Notes: generated by a model from the letters alone, not told the origin. 64,000 nucleotides of DNA from Candidatus Latescibacterota bacterium (GCA_965204745.1 OZ242010.1:4416001-4480000); one strand, 5' to 3'. Positions 10,444-21,143 are shown, counted from the stretch's first letter. Numbers and translations: made by a program.

Positions 10444-10701
10444 TCAAGCAGGCTCCGCCACGGCATCCAAGCGCAACCCATCCACCTCCGGGAGCGGATG
10501 GTCCATTTTCAAGCCGAGGATGATCCAACCTTCGAGCGCGGATTGCAATTCTTCGCGGCACATTTCCAAGGTGCCCGCATTGGCGTACACGCCTTGAAAG
10601 CCTGCGATTTCCCCATAGAACGTTCGATCTTCGAGGATCTCGTATTTCGCGTGTTTCATCGCCGATTGGATATAGGTGGTTAGGTTCTGTTGACATTTCA
10701 T
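10444..10701 (-). CDS. HicB-family antitoxin-like protein whose native start has been displaced by a MITE
   Basis: LTTYIQSAMKHAKYEILED..FYGEI..FQGVYA...L..CREEL..ALEGWI pattern. The first residues (MKCQQN) come from the MITE end. Confidence 0.75.
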   Translation of the reverse strand: MKCQQNLTTYIQSAMKHAKYEILEDRTFYGEIAGFQGVYANAGTLEMCREELQSALEGWIILGLKMDHPLPEVDGLRLDAVAEPA

Positions 10702-10960
10702 TTTTTTTGACGTTACGCACAGATTAGCAAAGCGCGAGGGGACCTATCCCCCGGCCCCTTTCCTACAAGGAAAGGGGAGTAAAGCTCTTTTGGTGGCTTT
10801 GGGCGAATGGATCACGCCATAGAACCCAAAAAACCTCTCGAGCAATCCCTCGGAAGACCCATCACCGTTCCCCCTTCCTCTTAGGAAGGGGGTTAGGGGG
10901 TAGGTCCCCCTCGCAAAACCGCTCAAGCCAGTTGTTTTGCTCGTAAATGTCAACACGACC
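10683..10960. mobile_element. 278-bp MITE with 16-bp imperfect TIRs and a TA target duplication (IS5-like ends), carrying a nested palindromic REP doublet (~10738-10910)
   Basis: GGTTCTGTTGACATTT at 10683-10698 and AAATGTCAACACGACC at 10945-10960, with TA on both sides. Removing it restores AGGAG-cgtcc-ATG CTA ACC ACC on the minus strand. Confidence 0.82.
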
Positions 10961-10992
10961 TAGCATGGACGCTCCTATCCCGTTATCCCTGC

Positions 10993-12051
10993 TTAGTTTT
11001 GAAAAAACGCTTGGTGGATCGCGAACGATTTGGCGACGAGATCGGCTTGTCTCAAGACCGGGGCCTTTTTTTTGTTGGGCGCGTAAACCCCGATGTCGAT
11101 CAGAAAGAACCGATTGATATCCACATCGACAAACGCATAGCTCTTGAACGGGCCGCCTTTCCACGCGGCTTCGTTTTCCCACAGGCCATACAGCACAATG
11201 GCGAGTTTGCCTGCAAATTCGGCTTGTGTCACCGCGACTTCGCCAGGCACGATGCGGTCGCCGCCAAACCAGCGCCCCATGATTTCATCGCGTTTTTGAA
11301 TGCACCAGTCTGCGGTGAGTTGATCCGGGTGTACATCCGATTCCCAATAGACCGAGAGCCAGCGGTTGGGGTTGTCGCGGGCGAGCACCACAAAGCCACT
11401 GTCCGGATAGGCTTCGAGGATGCGATAGCCAAAGGGCACGCGCACGCTCCAACCGTAGGTGTCGGCCAGTTCGCGGGTGATGGTTTCGCGCTCGCCAAAG
11501 CTGTACACATTTTCTCGCACGCTGTGATCGACGGCATTTTCCAACGTGCGATACAAGCGGTCGGATTCCATGTAGAGGTTTTCGACGGTCGTCTCTAAGT
11601 CTTTGCCCGAGACGACGTACAGGGTTTGGTCTTTGGCCCATACGTCTTTTTTCCAAGACGCACTTGCGCGGCCCTCGCGGATGGCCCGTTGCACGTCCGG
11701 GCTGAGAATGTCTTTGACGAATTGCGCGGTGGGATGGTCCGCGTCGAGGGGGGCAATGACCATGAGGCTTTTGCGCTGTACGTGTTTATGCGCTTCAAAA
11801 AAGTTGACATCGCCCCGTTCAATTTCATACACGCGCTCGGCTTGGGGCGTGTAAATCACCGTTTCAAAAATTTCTCGCAACGGGTCTTCGAGCGTCGTCC
11901 AATCCGCAGGGTCCGCGAGTACGATCAGTTTGCGGGCGGGGCCCAGGGATTCGGGCAGATGCTCGCCGCAGCCGCACAAGAGCAAAAGACAGAGCATGGA
12001 TTTGATGGCATATCGGGATCTGCGGCATAGCCCTTCAACGGTCGCGAGCAT
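10993..12051 (-). CDS. DUF4837-like lipoprotein
   Basis: AAGGAG RBS before the ATG at 12051; lipobox-like LLLLCGC; GLWE....KGGPF.SY and YAPNKKK motifs. Confidence 0.7.
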   Translation of the reverse strand: MLATVEGLCRRSRYAIKSMLCLLLLCGCGEHLPESLGPARKLIVLADPADWTTLEDPLREIFETVIYTPQAERVYEIERGDVNFFEAHKHVQRKSLMVIAPLDADHPTAQFVKDILSPDVQRAIREGRASASWKKDVWAKDQTLYVVSGKDLETTVENLYMESDRLYRTLENAVDHSVRENVYSFGERETITRELADTYGWSVRVPFGYRILEAYPDSGFVVLARDNPNRWLSVYWESDVHPDQLTADWCIQKRDEIMGRWFGGDRIVPGEVAVTQAEFAGKLAIVLYGLWENEAAWKGGPFKSYAFVDVDINRFFLIDIGVYAPNKKKAPVLRQADLVAKSFAIHQAFFQN

Positions 12052-12074
12052 GGGGATCACTCCTTTTGTCCTTG

Positions 12075-13187
12075 CTACACATAGCGCCGAGGGAGGCGCG
12101 TGCCGAGTTGGGCGATGACTTCGTGGGAAATGCAGTTTGCCCAGTGCGCGAGGTCGTCCACTGTGATTTTGCGGTCGCCCTGTGGTCCGAGCAGAACGAC
12201 TTCTTCGCCCACGCGAACGGATGGTAGGTCCGTGACGTCGATGAGGATCATGTCCATGCAAACCGCGCCGACTACCGGGCAGGGGGTGCCGCGGATGAGG
12301 ACATGGGCGTTGTTGGACAGGCCGCGGCTGTATCCATCGGCATAGCCCAACGGTACGAGGGCGATGCGAGAGGGGCGCGCAACCGCGTACGTGCCGCCAT
12401 AGCTGAGGGTTTGACCGGGCGCGAAATCTCGCACCTGCGCGATGCGTGCTTTGAGGGACAGCGCGGGCAAAAGCGCGAGGTTTCCCGCACCTCGAGAAGG
12501 GGGAACGCCATACGCGAGCAGCCCCACGCGCACGAGGTCAAAATGCGATTCGGGCAGGTGAACGGTCATCGCGCTGTTGGCGGCGTGCCGCCATCGGATC
12601 GACAGGTGGGCGAGTTTGGATGTGCAGGCGACGAAGGTTTTGATCTGATGCCGCGCTTTGTCCATATCTTCTGCGCGTTCCCACGCCACATGCGTTGCGA
12701 TGCCCTCAAAAAACAAGTGGGGATCTGTAGCGATTTTTTTTGCGAGACCGAGGGCGTCGTCAGGGGACAGGCCGACGCGCCCCATGCCGGTATCGACTTT
12801 GAGATGAACCCGCGCTCTCGTGTTGCGGCGGTTGGCAGCGGTTGCTAGGGCGCGAATCGCATCGCCGCCGCCGATGGTTTGCGACAGGTTGTGGGCGATG
12901 AGGCATTCGGCCTGTTCGGGCAAAGCCGGGGCGAGCACGACAACCGGTGCGCGAATCCCGGCCTTGCGAAGGGCAATCCCCTCTTGCAACAGGGCAACGC
13001 CCAAAGCAGACGCGCCACCTTTGAGGGCCGCTTTGGCAACGGGTATCAGGCCATGCCCATACGCATTGGCTTTGACGACGGTCAGGACCTCGGTCGCTGG
13101 CGAGACGTACTGCCGCACAGCAGAGATATTGGCGACAATGGCCGACAGATCGACTTCGATCCAGGCGGGACGGTGGGGTTGGAGCAT
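12075..13187 (-). CDS. alr: Alanine racemase
   Basis: VVKANAYGHG (PLP lysine), HLKVDTGMGR, GYADGY, VCMDM. Confidence 0.96.
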   Translation of the reverse strand: MLQPHRPAWIEVDLSAIVANISAVRQYVSPATEVLTVVKANAYGHGLIPVAKAALKGGASALGVALLQEGIALRKAGIRAPVVVLAPALPEQAECLIAHNLSQTIGGGDAIRALATAANRRNTRARVHLKVDTGMGRVGLSPDDALGLAKKIATDPHLFFEGIATHVAWERAEDMDKARHQIKTFVACTSKLAHLSIRWRHAANSAMTVHLPESHFDLVRVGLLAYGVPPSRGAGNLALLPALSLKARIAQVRDFAPGQTLSYGGTYAVARPSRIALVPLGYADGYSRGLSNNAHVLIRGTPCPVVGAVCMDMILIDVTDLPSVRVGEEVVLLGPQGDRKITVDDLAHWANCISHEVIAQLGTRLPRRYV

Positions 13188-13256
13188 TTAGAACACCTAA
13201 AAATAAAGTTGGGAACTCGCCACAATGCAAAGTTAATAACCTTGCCGAAACCGATA

Positions 13257-16200
13257 CTATCCCAGCCGCTCAGCAAGGGCTTTAAGTGGAAATCCATCGT
13301 TTTCCCATACGAAACTGGCAACGCGAATCCGCGCTGTGCCCGATAAGACGACTTCCAATTGAACGCCCGAGGACTCAGCGGCTGTAATTTCGTCCCGTAA
13401 TTCCTCAAATCCGTCGAGATCATCGCACAACTGATCTACGCGGCCCCCGATATTTTCTACGAACCACATATTGTCCCGGACAGTATCCAAGTCTGGCTTA
13501 ACATCTTCTACCGGGACGACGCAGAGTAAAAATCTGTCTCTCTGTTCCACAGCTTTTCTCGCCTGAGTAGCTGTCATTCGGACTTCTTGGCCTCGCGTAG
13601 CCTTTACCTCAACCAGCCAGCTTTGATTTTCTCGCTCCACTTTGATACCCATTTCCTTCTCGTTTTCAACCGAATCGTGCTCAATCTCGAAGTCCGATCC
13701 AATCGGCTCTCGCTTTACGGCGAAACCCTCATTTTCGAGACTCTCCCGCACCAACTTTTCTACGAGTTTTCCTAAGCACTGGTTATCCTGTCCTCTTTTC
13801 TTTTTTCTTTCGCGAGCTTTGATATCCTCGCGTACCTGGTTGAGGTAATTTATATCCCCGCCAGCCGTAGCAAGTATATCGTTGAATGCGTTCTCCAATT
13901 CTTGGCGATTTTCAGAATTTTCCGCGACAAATTCTAGTGTCAAATTAAACGGTGCCACACCGATTGCTTTTAACAATTTGATAGCTCTTTTGCTCAGAGA
14001 GCTAGCTTCCCATCCATTGTCCCGAAGCAGATCAGCAAGAGACTCGGCTGTCGCACCAGTGCGTGCGTCGTTCTTTAACCGAATCCAAGGGTTTTCTCGC
14101 AATGGCTTAAGCCACAAAGCTTGGTAATATCTATGTTCATCCTCACACTCACATTCAGCCATCTTGAGATCTAGACATCCAATATCTTTTTTGATAACCC
14201 ACTTGGTAAGAAAGCACCAAAATAGGAAAGCGCGGTCTCGACTGTCTCGAACTCGATTCATGATTTCCCCGCGATACACAATATCTTTCACGAGAACAGG
14301 ATCAACAGTTCTATGCTCTCCATCAACTAAAGGCTCGTCTAGAAGGAACTCGTTGAAATTCATTGACGCTGTGTTGGTGGTTATCACATCCGTTCTAATA
14401 AAACCGTGCTCATTAAGCATCTGCCATGTGTCTGGGCTAGGCACTTGCTCAAAGAAAGCGTCTGACAAGATGCGAGTCGGCGGAAAAAGATCGGAGAATT
14501 CCTGAAGGGCTTGTGACCAGGCCCTAACAGGGGCCAATAGACGGTCATTATCTTGGGCATCTCGCGGAAGATAAAGGACTTTCAGGCTACCAGAACCGTC
14601 TTCTTTTTTGAACACAGGAAACCCACGCAAACGGTTCCAATCTTCTTGACCGACAATCCACTTAAAAAGACGCACACTTGCTTGCACGAATTTGTCATCT
14701 GGATCATCCTCATCGCGTTCATTGATCTTTGAAATTATATTTTGAACGACATATTCGTCATTCCAATCTCCCTTACCTACTTCATTGTCAAGAAAAGAAA
14801 GTCGCGTGTCGCGAAGTTTCTGTCGAACTTTCCAGCCGAGCAACTCCGCAATATCTTTCAATTCTTCATCTATACCTTGATCGCAGTGCAGGTTAGATAG
14901 CTTGTCAAGAAAGCCATCTTGATCGAGGACAATGTGATATTCACTTACCTCCTCACGCAAGCCATCTTTGTTCAAAAAGTCGTGTAATCGATTCAGCCAT
15001 TCAACTGCTTCAATATCCTCATCCTCTCGTAGCAGATTCCGCAGGTCTTCAATCTTGCCGCAGTTTCCATTTTTATGCGTCTTTTCCTCAATATTTGACA
15101 CCAATTTTTTGCCATCCATTGCCTCACCGAACAAAGACATCGGCTTACCATCCTGCACAACCGCCCAACTTTTGAGGGCATCCCACCACCCGATAGCCTC
15201 GCTCTCTCTCGGTAACTTTTGTCGATATTCTTCCAGTTCGCCTAACAAGTCCCAAAGAGCCTTCACATCTGTGCCTTGTTCAGCGAAGGGCAAGATCGAT
15301 TCCTTCGGAGTTATTGGATCGAGTTCGCAAAGAACCGCAGGCGTTTGGCGAACCTTTCCAATGAACTGATCTTCAAGGGTTCCTTGAAGCCATTCTCTGT
15401 TTAGCCAGTCCGGTTCAGGGATGGCAGGAACATTCGCCAACTCGTACACATTTCGATAGCCCGATTCCGCCGCGAATTGGACCAGTTCAACGAGTAACCC
15501 ACAGGCTTCTTTGATAACCGCCTCGTTTTCACGATTCGCCTCGTTTTCAGCCTGTCCAAGAAACACGCCATCGCGGTGTTCCGTTGGGGTAAATTCAAAA
15601 CTGTTGATGACAGCGGGGAAGCTAAAATTCTCAGTGCCTATCAGGGGAAAACCCAAGAAAAGCCTTGGCGTGTTGTTGATAGGCATAAGTGTCTTGCTAC
15701 CGTCGCTCTTTGGTTCCAGGGCAACAGCGACAGATGTCTTCTCACCCTTTGATAGGAGGTACACCTTATCCTCCTGATTTCCATTTCTATTCTTGGACAC
15801 CGTGATTTCTTGCAAGCCATCTCGCGATAGCGATGCGCGCTCAGTCACTTCAAAACTCGTAGTTTCGTCAGGCGATTTGAGGTCTTTGAGGTCAATGCGC
15901 GAAAATTCCTCGTTAAAAGCAACTACGAATGGAGCGCATTTTTTGAGCATTGCGATGCCTTTCGCGACCACATCATCGGCGCGATCCTCGATAGGATATC
16001 GAAACCGGGTAGGCAATTTGTCCGAAGTTGGTGCAGACCACGACTCGTTGAAATCAGCCCATGCTCGATTCATTGACTCGCTGAGTGCTTCAACTGAACC
16101 GACTTCTCGCGTCAGGGCAAATTTGAAAGATTGTTCATTGTCGAGTTGACCCGATATATCAATTGTCGGCGACAGCAGGTGCGTCGTGAGAAAGCCGCTA

Positions 16201-16511
16201 CCGTACCGTCCAAGCGTCCCCTCATCCTCAATTTTTGTCGATCCGTGGTAGATGAGATGGGCTACATCGTCCATTTTGAACTCGTCCCCATTGTGCTGAA
16301 AAGTAATTTCTCCAGGGCCGAACTCAATAGAGACAGAGGTAGCTTTAGTATCCCGTGCGTTTTGCAAGAGTTCCCAAATCCACCGAGTACGCATACGTGC
16401 GCGATGCGATTCCTGTGTCTTGAGGTTATTGAGAACTCCCTGCGCCGTGTTTTCGGTGAGTACCCGATTCTTGATTGCGTCGGGTTCTTCAATGTGGTTT
16501 TCCTGAGTCAT
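13257..16511 (-). CDS. Sacsin-like GHKL ATPase N-terminus fused to a C-terminal DUF3883-like PD-(D/E)XK nuclease; probable defence protein
   Basis: WELLQNARD, HNG..F, GRYGSGFLTTH at the N-terminus; GSDFEI...LVEVKAT...VRMT.TQ at the C-terminus; visibly more AT-rich than its flanks. Confidence 0.72.
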   Translation of the reverse strand: MTQENHIEEPDAIKNRVLTENTAQGVLNNLKTQESHRARMRTRWIWELLQNARDTKATSVSIEFGPGEITFQHNGDEFKMDDVAHLIYHGSTKIEDEGTLGRYGSGFLTTHLLSPTIDISGQLDNEQSFKFALTREVGSVEALSESMNRAWADFNESWSAPTSDKLPTRFRYPIEDRADDVVAKGIAMLKKCAPFVVAFNEEFSRIDLKDLKSPDETTSFEVTERASLSRDGLQEITVSKNRNGNQEDKVYLLSKGEKTSVAVALEPKSDGSKTLMPINNTPRLFLGFPLIGTENFSFPAVINSFEFTPTEHRDGVFLGQAENEANRENEAVIKEACGLLVELVQFAAESGYRNVYELANVPAIPEPDWLNREWLQGTLEDQFIGKVRQTPAVLCELDPITPKESILPFAEQGTDVKALWDLLGELEEYRQKLPRESEAIGWWDALKSWAVVQDGKPMSLFGEAMDGKKLVSNIEEKTHKNGNCGKIEDLRNLLREDEDIEAVEWLNRLHDFLNKDGLREEVSEYHIVLDQDGFLDKLSNLHCDQGIDEELKDIAELLGWKVRQKLRDTRLSFLDNEVGKGDWNDEYVVQNIISKINERDEDDPDDKFVQASVRLFKWIVGQEDWNRLRGFPVFKKEDGSGSLKVLYLPRDAQDNDRLLAPVRAWSQALQEFSDLFPPTRILSDAFFEQVPSPDTWQMLNEHGFIRTDVITTNTASMNFNEFLLDEPLVDGEHRTVDPVLVKDIVYRGEIMNRVRDSRDRAFLFWCFLTKWVIKKDIGCLDLKMAECECEDEHRYYQALWLKPLRENPWIRLKNDARTGATAESLADLLRDNGWEASSLSKRAIKLLKAIGVAPFNLTLEFVAENSENRQELENAFNDILATAGGDINYLNQVREDIKARERKKKRGQDNQCLGKLVEKLVRESLENEGFAVKREPIGSDFEIEHDSVENEKEMGIKVERENQSWLVEVKATRGQEVRMTATQARKAVEQRDRFLLCVVPVEDVKPDLDTVRDNMWFVENIGGRVDQLCDDLDGFEELRDEITAAESSGVQLEVVLSGTARIRVASFVWENDGFPLKALAERLG

Positions 16512-16653
16512 AATTGCTCCTCAATGCAGGGGTTGGGAGTGAATGTGGTTCCAAGGTTGAACAGGGCCGGCGTTCTGAAGTCAACATTGTATTGACGAGC
16601 CAGTTCGGTTTTGGCGTGTTGAATTTCGCCATTTACCGTTCCGCGCAGATAAA

Positions 16654-19600
16654 CTAGTAGAGCACCTCAAAGCGCGACCCCTGATCCGGATATTTGGTGA
16701 CTTCGATCCGCACGGGAAATGCCTGTTTGAGCGATTCGACGTGGGTGATGATCAGGATTTTTTCAAAATCGCTGCTGATGGCCTGAATGGCTTCTACGAG
16801 GTGGTCGAGACCTTCGGCGTCTTGCGTGCCAAATCCCTCGTCGATGACCAGCGTACGCAGGCGCGTGCCCGTGCGGCGAGCCAAGAGTTTGGACAGGGCA
16901 ATGCGAATGGAAAAGTCGATGCGAAAGGCTTCCCCGCCCGAATAGAGCTCGTAATTGCGTTCCCCGAGTTCGTCGCTGATTTTGATGTCCAGGGTTTCGC
17001 TCGTGCCCCCGGTTTTGAGGTCGCGCAGGGATTCGAGGGCGATTTGCGTGCGGTTATCCGTGAGCCGGGCGAGAATGCGATTGGCTTCTTCCTCGAGTTC
17101 CGGAATGGCCTGTTCGATGATGAGTGCTTGAATGCCGTCTTTGCCAAATGCCGTGATCAGTTCTCGGTAGATGCGAATGTCGCGGTTGCTCGAGTTGATT
17201 TCTTTCTTCACCGCGTCCTGTTCTGCGCGCAGGGAATCGCAGTGTTCGATCTGCGATTGCAGGGCCGCGTGTCGCTGGAGCAGGTGATCGCGTTTGGCCC
17301 CCAACGCCGCGATGGTTTTCTCTATCGCGTCGGCTTCTTTGAGGGCGGCTTCGGCGCGGGTGATGGCTTCGGCGAGTTCTGCCAAACGCCGTTGGGTCTG
17401 CCCGTGGCGGGCCGTGAGATGCGTCAGGCGGTCCGCGGCCGCGGCGAGGCGCGCTTGGGCGTTTTCACAATCGCGTTGCGCGCTTTGAAGGCGTTCGTAC
17501 TGCGCGGGCGCGTCGCCCAAGTCCGCGAGTTGCTGCGCGAGTTGTCGGTGGTGTTCGGCGTCGTAATTCAGGGCGCGGATGCGACTTTGCACTTGTTCGC
17601 GCTCTTGTTGTTCGTTGGGCGCGTATTTTTTGTCTGTGAGCCACTGCTGTGCGAGGTCGCGTTTTTGGCGGGACTCGGGCAGTTCCGCGAGGATTTTTTC
17701 CCGGCGTTCTCGGGCCACTTGGAGTTGGGCATTGCGCCCTTCAACCGATTCGAGGGCTTTGAGTTTTTCGCGCAGGGTGCGGTGTTCGGCCGGGTCGTAG
17801 GCGAGGTTTTCCAACGCGCTTCGGGCATCGGACAGGGCGCGCGCTTCCGCGCTGTTTTCGGTTTGCTCGCGCAACTGGGCTTTGAGGTCGGCAAGGCGCG
17901 CGGTCAGGGTCTCGCGGGTTTGCGCGGCGCGTTCCGCTTCTTTGACCGCGGCTTCGGCTTGGGCCAAGGGTTGGGCCGCGTCTTCGGTTTGGGCGAGTTG
18001 GTTTTTGAGGTCTTGATAGTCGCGCCGATATCGCTCGCGTTGGGCTTCGGCTTTTTGAATCGTCGATTCCAACCGCGCGATTTGTGCGTGCTGGTCGCGC
18101 AACTGGTTCGAGAGTTTTGCCGATGCTTCTGCGCGGTGGGCCTGGTCGAGGTCGCTGCCGCACAACGGGCAGGACGCATCCCGAACACTTTGCAGGGTTT
18201 GCCGCTGTTGGGCGATGTCCGCATGGGTTTGGCGCAGGGTTTCGAGGCGGTCCGAATCGGTTTTGAGCTGGATGTTGAGGGCATTGCCCTGGTTGCGAAT
18301 CTCGGTGCATCGGGCTTCGAGGGCTTGGATGTGCTCGGCGCGTGCGCTGAGTTTTTGTCGCGTTTCCCTGCGGGCCTCCAGGTCGGATGCGACCGCGTCT
18401 GTCTGTTGCAACTGTTGCGCGCAGGTGTTGATGGACACTTGCAGGTCTGCACGGGTGCTTTCGAGTTGCCGCTCGAGGTCGCGAATGCTGCGCTCGGCGT
18501 GCGCTCGGTTTTCGCGCAGGGCTTCCCAGTCGCGGTCCTGTTTTCGGGCGCGGTGCAATGCCTCGACCTGCGCTTGGATGGTCTGGCGATCTGCCAACAG
18601 GGTTTCGGTTTCGCGCAACTCGGTTTCGGCGCGCTCAACGCGCACTTCCCATTCGCCCAAGCGGCGTTCCACCTCGTGACGCTGGTCCGCGATTTTTTGA
18701 TCGAGTTCTGTTGCGCGGTGTTCGAGTGGGCGCAAGGCGTGGAATTTTTTCTGCAAGTCCGCGTCTTCTCGTTGCACCGCGCGGTGGTTTTCGACTGCGC
18801 TCGTGATCGCGTCTCGCTCGTCGAGGATGGCGCGGTAGGTCGCCACGTCTTTTTCCACGGTTTCGCGCTCGGCACGGGTTTCCCGCATGTCGGCTTCAAG
18901 GCGCGATGCGTCCGCTTGCAGGGCGTCGCGCTCGGCGCGATGGCGTTCGCGCTGCGTGCGTATTTCTCGCAGGGCGTCGCTACGTTCTGCCGCGCTTGCC
19001 AGGTCGCGTTCCACTTCGCTGCGTCGGGTTTCGATCTCGTCGCGCCGCGCCACAAATTCGCCGCGCTTTTCAACCGTCTGCGCGATGGCGTCCGCCTTGG
19101 CTTGGGCCGTGGCGCGTGCGATATCGCGTTCTCGCATGCGTTCTCGCGCTCGGGCAACCAGGGCGTCATAGTGCGACAAGCCCAAGATATCCGAGAGCAG
19201 GGCCTTGCGCTGGCTCGCTTTGCAGCGCGTAAATTCGTCTGCGCGGCCCTGAAGCAGGAACGCCGAGTTGATGAAGGTCGGATAGGTCATGCACAACAGG
19301 GCATCGATCCGCGCTTGGGTTTTGCGAACCGCATCTCCTTCCGAGAGCGCTTTGTACCCGCCGATTTCCGGAGAGAAAATTTGCAACTCGAGGCGCGTGG
19401 TCGCGCTTTTCCCGGTCTTGCGAAAACTGCGGGTGACGCGATACCGGTCGTCTTCGAGGCGAAATTCAAAATCGACCCGCATTTCCGTGGCGCCAATTCG
19501 CAACAAGCCGTCGTTGGGGAAGCGGTCGCGCCCGGCTTTGCGGGCTTCGCCCCACAGCGCCCATGTGATCGCGTCGAGCAAGGCGGATTTGCCGTGCCCA

Positions 19601-19704
19601 TTGCGCCCGGAGATGCAGGCGACGTGAAAGCCCGAAAAATCCAAGGGGGGCACGTTTTCGCCATAGCTGAGGAAGTTTTGGAGGGAAAGGCCGATGGGAA
19701 TCAT
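16654..19704 (-). CDS. sbcC: SbcC (Rad50-like) SMC ATPase
   Basis: NFLSY, Walker A GRNGHGKS, zinc hook CPLCG, signature YSGGE, LVIDEGFG. The start MIPIGL overlaps the sbcD stop (ATGA). Confidence 0.93.
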   Translation of the reverse strand: MIPIGLSLQNFLSYGENVPPLDFSGFHVACISGRNGHGKSALLDAITWALWGEARKAGRDRFPNDGLLRIGATEMRVDFEFRLEDDRYRVTRSFRKTGKSATTRLELQIFSPEIGGYKALSEGDAVRKTQARIDALLCMTYPTFINSAFLLQGRADEFTRCKASQRKALLSDILGLSHYDALVARARERMRERDIARATAQAKADAIAQTVEKRGEFVARRDEIETRRSEVERDLASAAERSDALREIRTQRERHRAERDALQADASRLEADMRETRAERETVEKDVATYRAILDERDAITSAVENHRAVQREDADLQKKFHALRPLEHRATELDQKIADQRHEVERRLGEWEVRVERAETELRETETLLADRQTIQAQVEALHRARKQDRDWEALRENRAHAERSIRDLERQLESTRADLQVSINTCAQQLQQTDAVASDLEARRETRQKLSARAEHIQALEARCTEIRNQGNALNIQLKTDSDRLETLRQTHADIAQQRQTLQSVRDASCPLCGSDLDQAHRAEASAKLSNQLRDQHAQIARLESTIQKAEAQRERYRRDYQDLKNQLAQTEDAAQPLAQAEAAVKEAERAAQTRETLTARLADLKAQLREQTENSAEARALSDARSALENLAYDPAEHRTLREKLKALESVEGRNAQLQVARERREKILAELPESRQKRDLAQQWLTDKKYAPNEQQEREQVQSRIRALNYDAEHHRQLAQQLADLGDAPAQYERLQSAQRDCENAQARLAAAADRLTHLTARHGQTQRRLAELAEAITRAEAALKEADAIEKTIAALGAKRDHLLQRHAALQSQIEHCDSLRAEQDAVKKEINSSNRDIRIYRELITAFGKDGIQALIIEQAIPELEEEANRILARLTDNRTQIALESLRDLKTGGTSETLDIKISDELGERNYELYSGGEAFRIDFSIRIALSKLLARRTGTRLRTLVIDEGFGTQDAEGLDHLVEAIQAISSDFEKILIITHVESLKQAFPVRIEVTKYPDQGSRFEVLY

Positions 19705-20969
19705 TCGCCACCTCTCAATTCGGCTTCGAGTTGCGCGCCGTAATGCCGAAGGTCTTTTTCGATGTCCGCGAGTTCCGGGCGGTTTTCCAAGTACGCCCGC
19801 AGCGCGTCTTGAACGCCCATATTTTCCGAAATGCCGGCCCTGCGCTGGATTTTTTGGACATGGGGCTTGGGCGCGATGCTGGCGATCATAAACGCGCCTT
19901 CGAGTGCTCTTTTTACGGCGTTGAGATCGACCGTATCCGCGTGGTTGTCCCCCAGATCGTAGATCACGCGCACGATGGCGTCGGTCAAGGTGTGTTCGCC
20001 AATGGCGTCGAGAATGGCCGTCGTCGGGTCTTGGTCCGGCGCGACTTTGACGGCTACCGTGCAAAACGGGCGCGCGGGCGTGCGTACGAATTTGTAAGAC
20101 GTTTCGCGCTTGGGCAGGTGCGCGTCTGCCTCGCTGTCGCGGTCTTCAATGGTGGCGATGACCACGCCCTTGGTCTCTTTTTCCTCGCCAAAGTCGATGC
20201 GGTCAATGCTACCCGAATACACCACGGGGGGACGGGCATTGGCGTTGAGGTCTTGAAATTTGTGGATGTGGCCCAAAGCCACGTAGTCAAAAGCGGGGTT
20301 GGCGAGGGTGCTGGTGAGAAAGACCGGGTCGCGCCCGATGATTGCGGTTTGTTCCGAGCCGGAAAAGGCCGCGTTCGCAGCGGACAGATGGCCCACGAGC
20401 ACTGCGGGAATATCGGGGCGTTCCCGCACGCGGTCTGCTAGGTCTTCGATGATTTGCGCGCCCATGTCTTGCAGTTCTTTGACGATTTCCTCTTGCGACA
20501 AGTTGTGGTAGGGGCCTTTGGCGAGCAGGCGACTGCGGTGCAACCAGGGCAAGCAGGCAATTTGGATGGGACCCGATTTTGTGGAAATGTTGACGATGCG
20601 GTTTTCAGACGCGATGTGAACGCCTTTGATGCCCAAGGTGCCAAAAATATCGACCGATGAGGCTTTGCCATAAGCCACCGGGCTGTCGTGGTTGCCCGTG
20701 ACCATGACCACGGGGATTTCCCGCGCACTGAGCATGCGAATGAGGGATGCAAATTCGCGCTGATGCGTGGGCGTGGGATCGCACGAGCGATAGGCGTCCC
20801 CTGCGAAAATCACGAGATCGACCTCTTCTTTGATCGCTTCTTCAAACGCAAAACGCAGGCTTTTGATAAAGTCCTGCAAGCGCGTGTGAAGCCCGGTGCC
20901 CGAATCGAGCCGACCGTAATTTTCGACGCCGACATGCGTGTCGGCAACGTGCAGAAATTTGATGGACAT
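19701..20969 (-). CDS. sbcD: SbcD (Mre11-like) exonuclease
   Basis: HVADTHVG, AGDAY, GNHD, YVALGHIH, YSGSIDRIDFGE. Confidence 0.94.
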   Translation of the reverse strand: MSIKFLHVADTHVGVENYGRLDSGTGLHTRLQDFIKSLRFAFEEAIKEEVDLVIFAGDAYRSCDPTPTHQREFASLIRMLSAREIPVVMVTGNHDSPVAYGKASSVDIFGTLGIKGVHIASENRIVNISTKSGPIQIACLPWLHRSRLLAKGPYHNLSQEEIVKELQDMGAQIIEDLADRVRERPDIPAVLVGHLSAANAAFSGSEQTAIIGRDPVFLTSTLANPAFDYVALGHIHKFQDLNANARPPVVYSGSIDRIDFGEEKETKGVVIATIEDRDSEADAHLPKRETSYKFVRTPARPFCTVAVKVAPDQDPTTAILDAIGEHTLTDAIVRVIYDLGDNHADTVDLNAVKRALEGAFMIASIAPKPHVQKIQRRAGISENMGVQDALRAYLENRPELADIEKDLRHYGAQLEAELRGGE

Positions 20970-21143
20970 AGCGAGAAATCACAAGGTGGAAAAGCGACGA
21001 CTATGGCTGTGGGGAATTTAAGGAAGAACGCGCAAAGTGCAAAGTGAAAATCAGCTATTAGGGGTCAGTCCCCACTTGACCCCACCGCCCAAGTAGTCAG
21101 TGGTCAGTCCCCGCCTCGCCGCCCAAAACCGAGACGTGAGACC

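Noticed and set aside
16741-19743. 1000-aa plus-strand ORF
   Set aside because: Antisense shadow of sbcC caused by codon bias; no recognisable motifs.
19705-20064. Long N-terminal extensions given by the ORF track (sbcC; also 12261, 42084, 55670, 56835)
   Set aside because: They mostly overlap upstream genes and lack an RBS; better starts with an RBS or stop overlap lie downstream.
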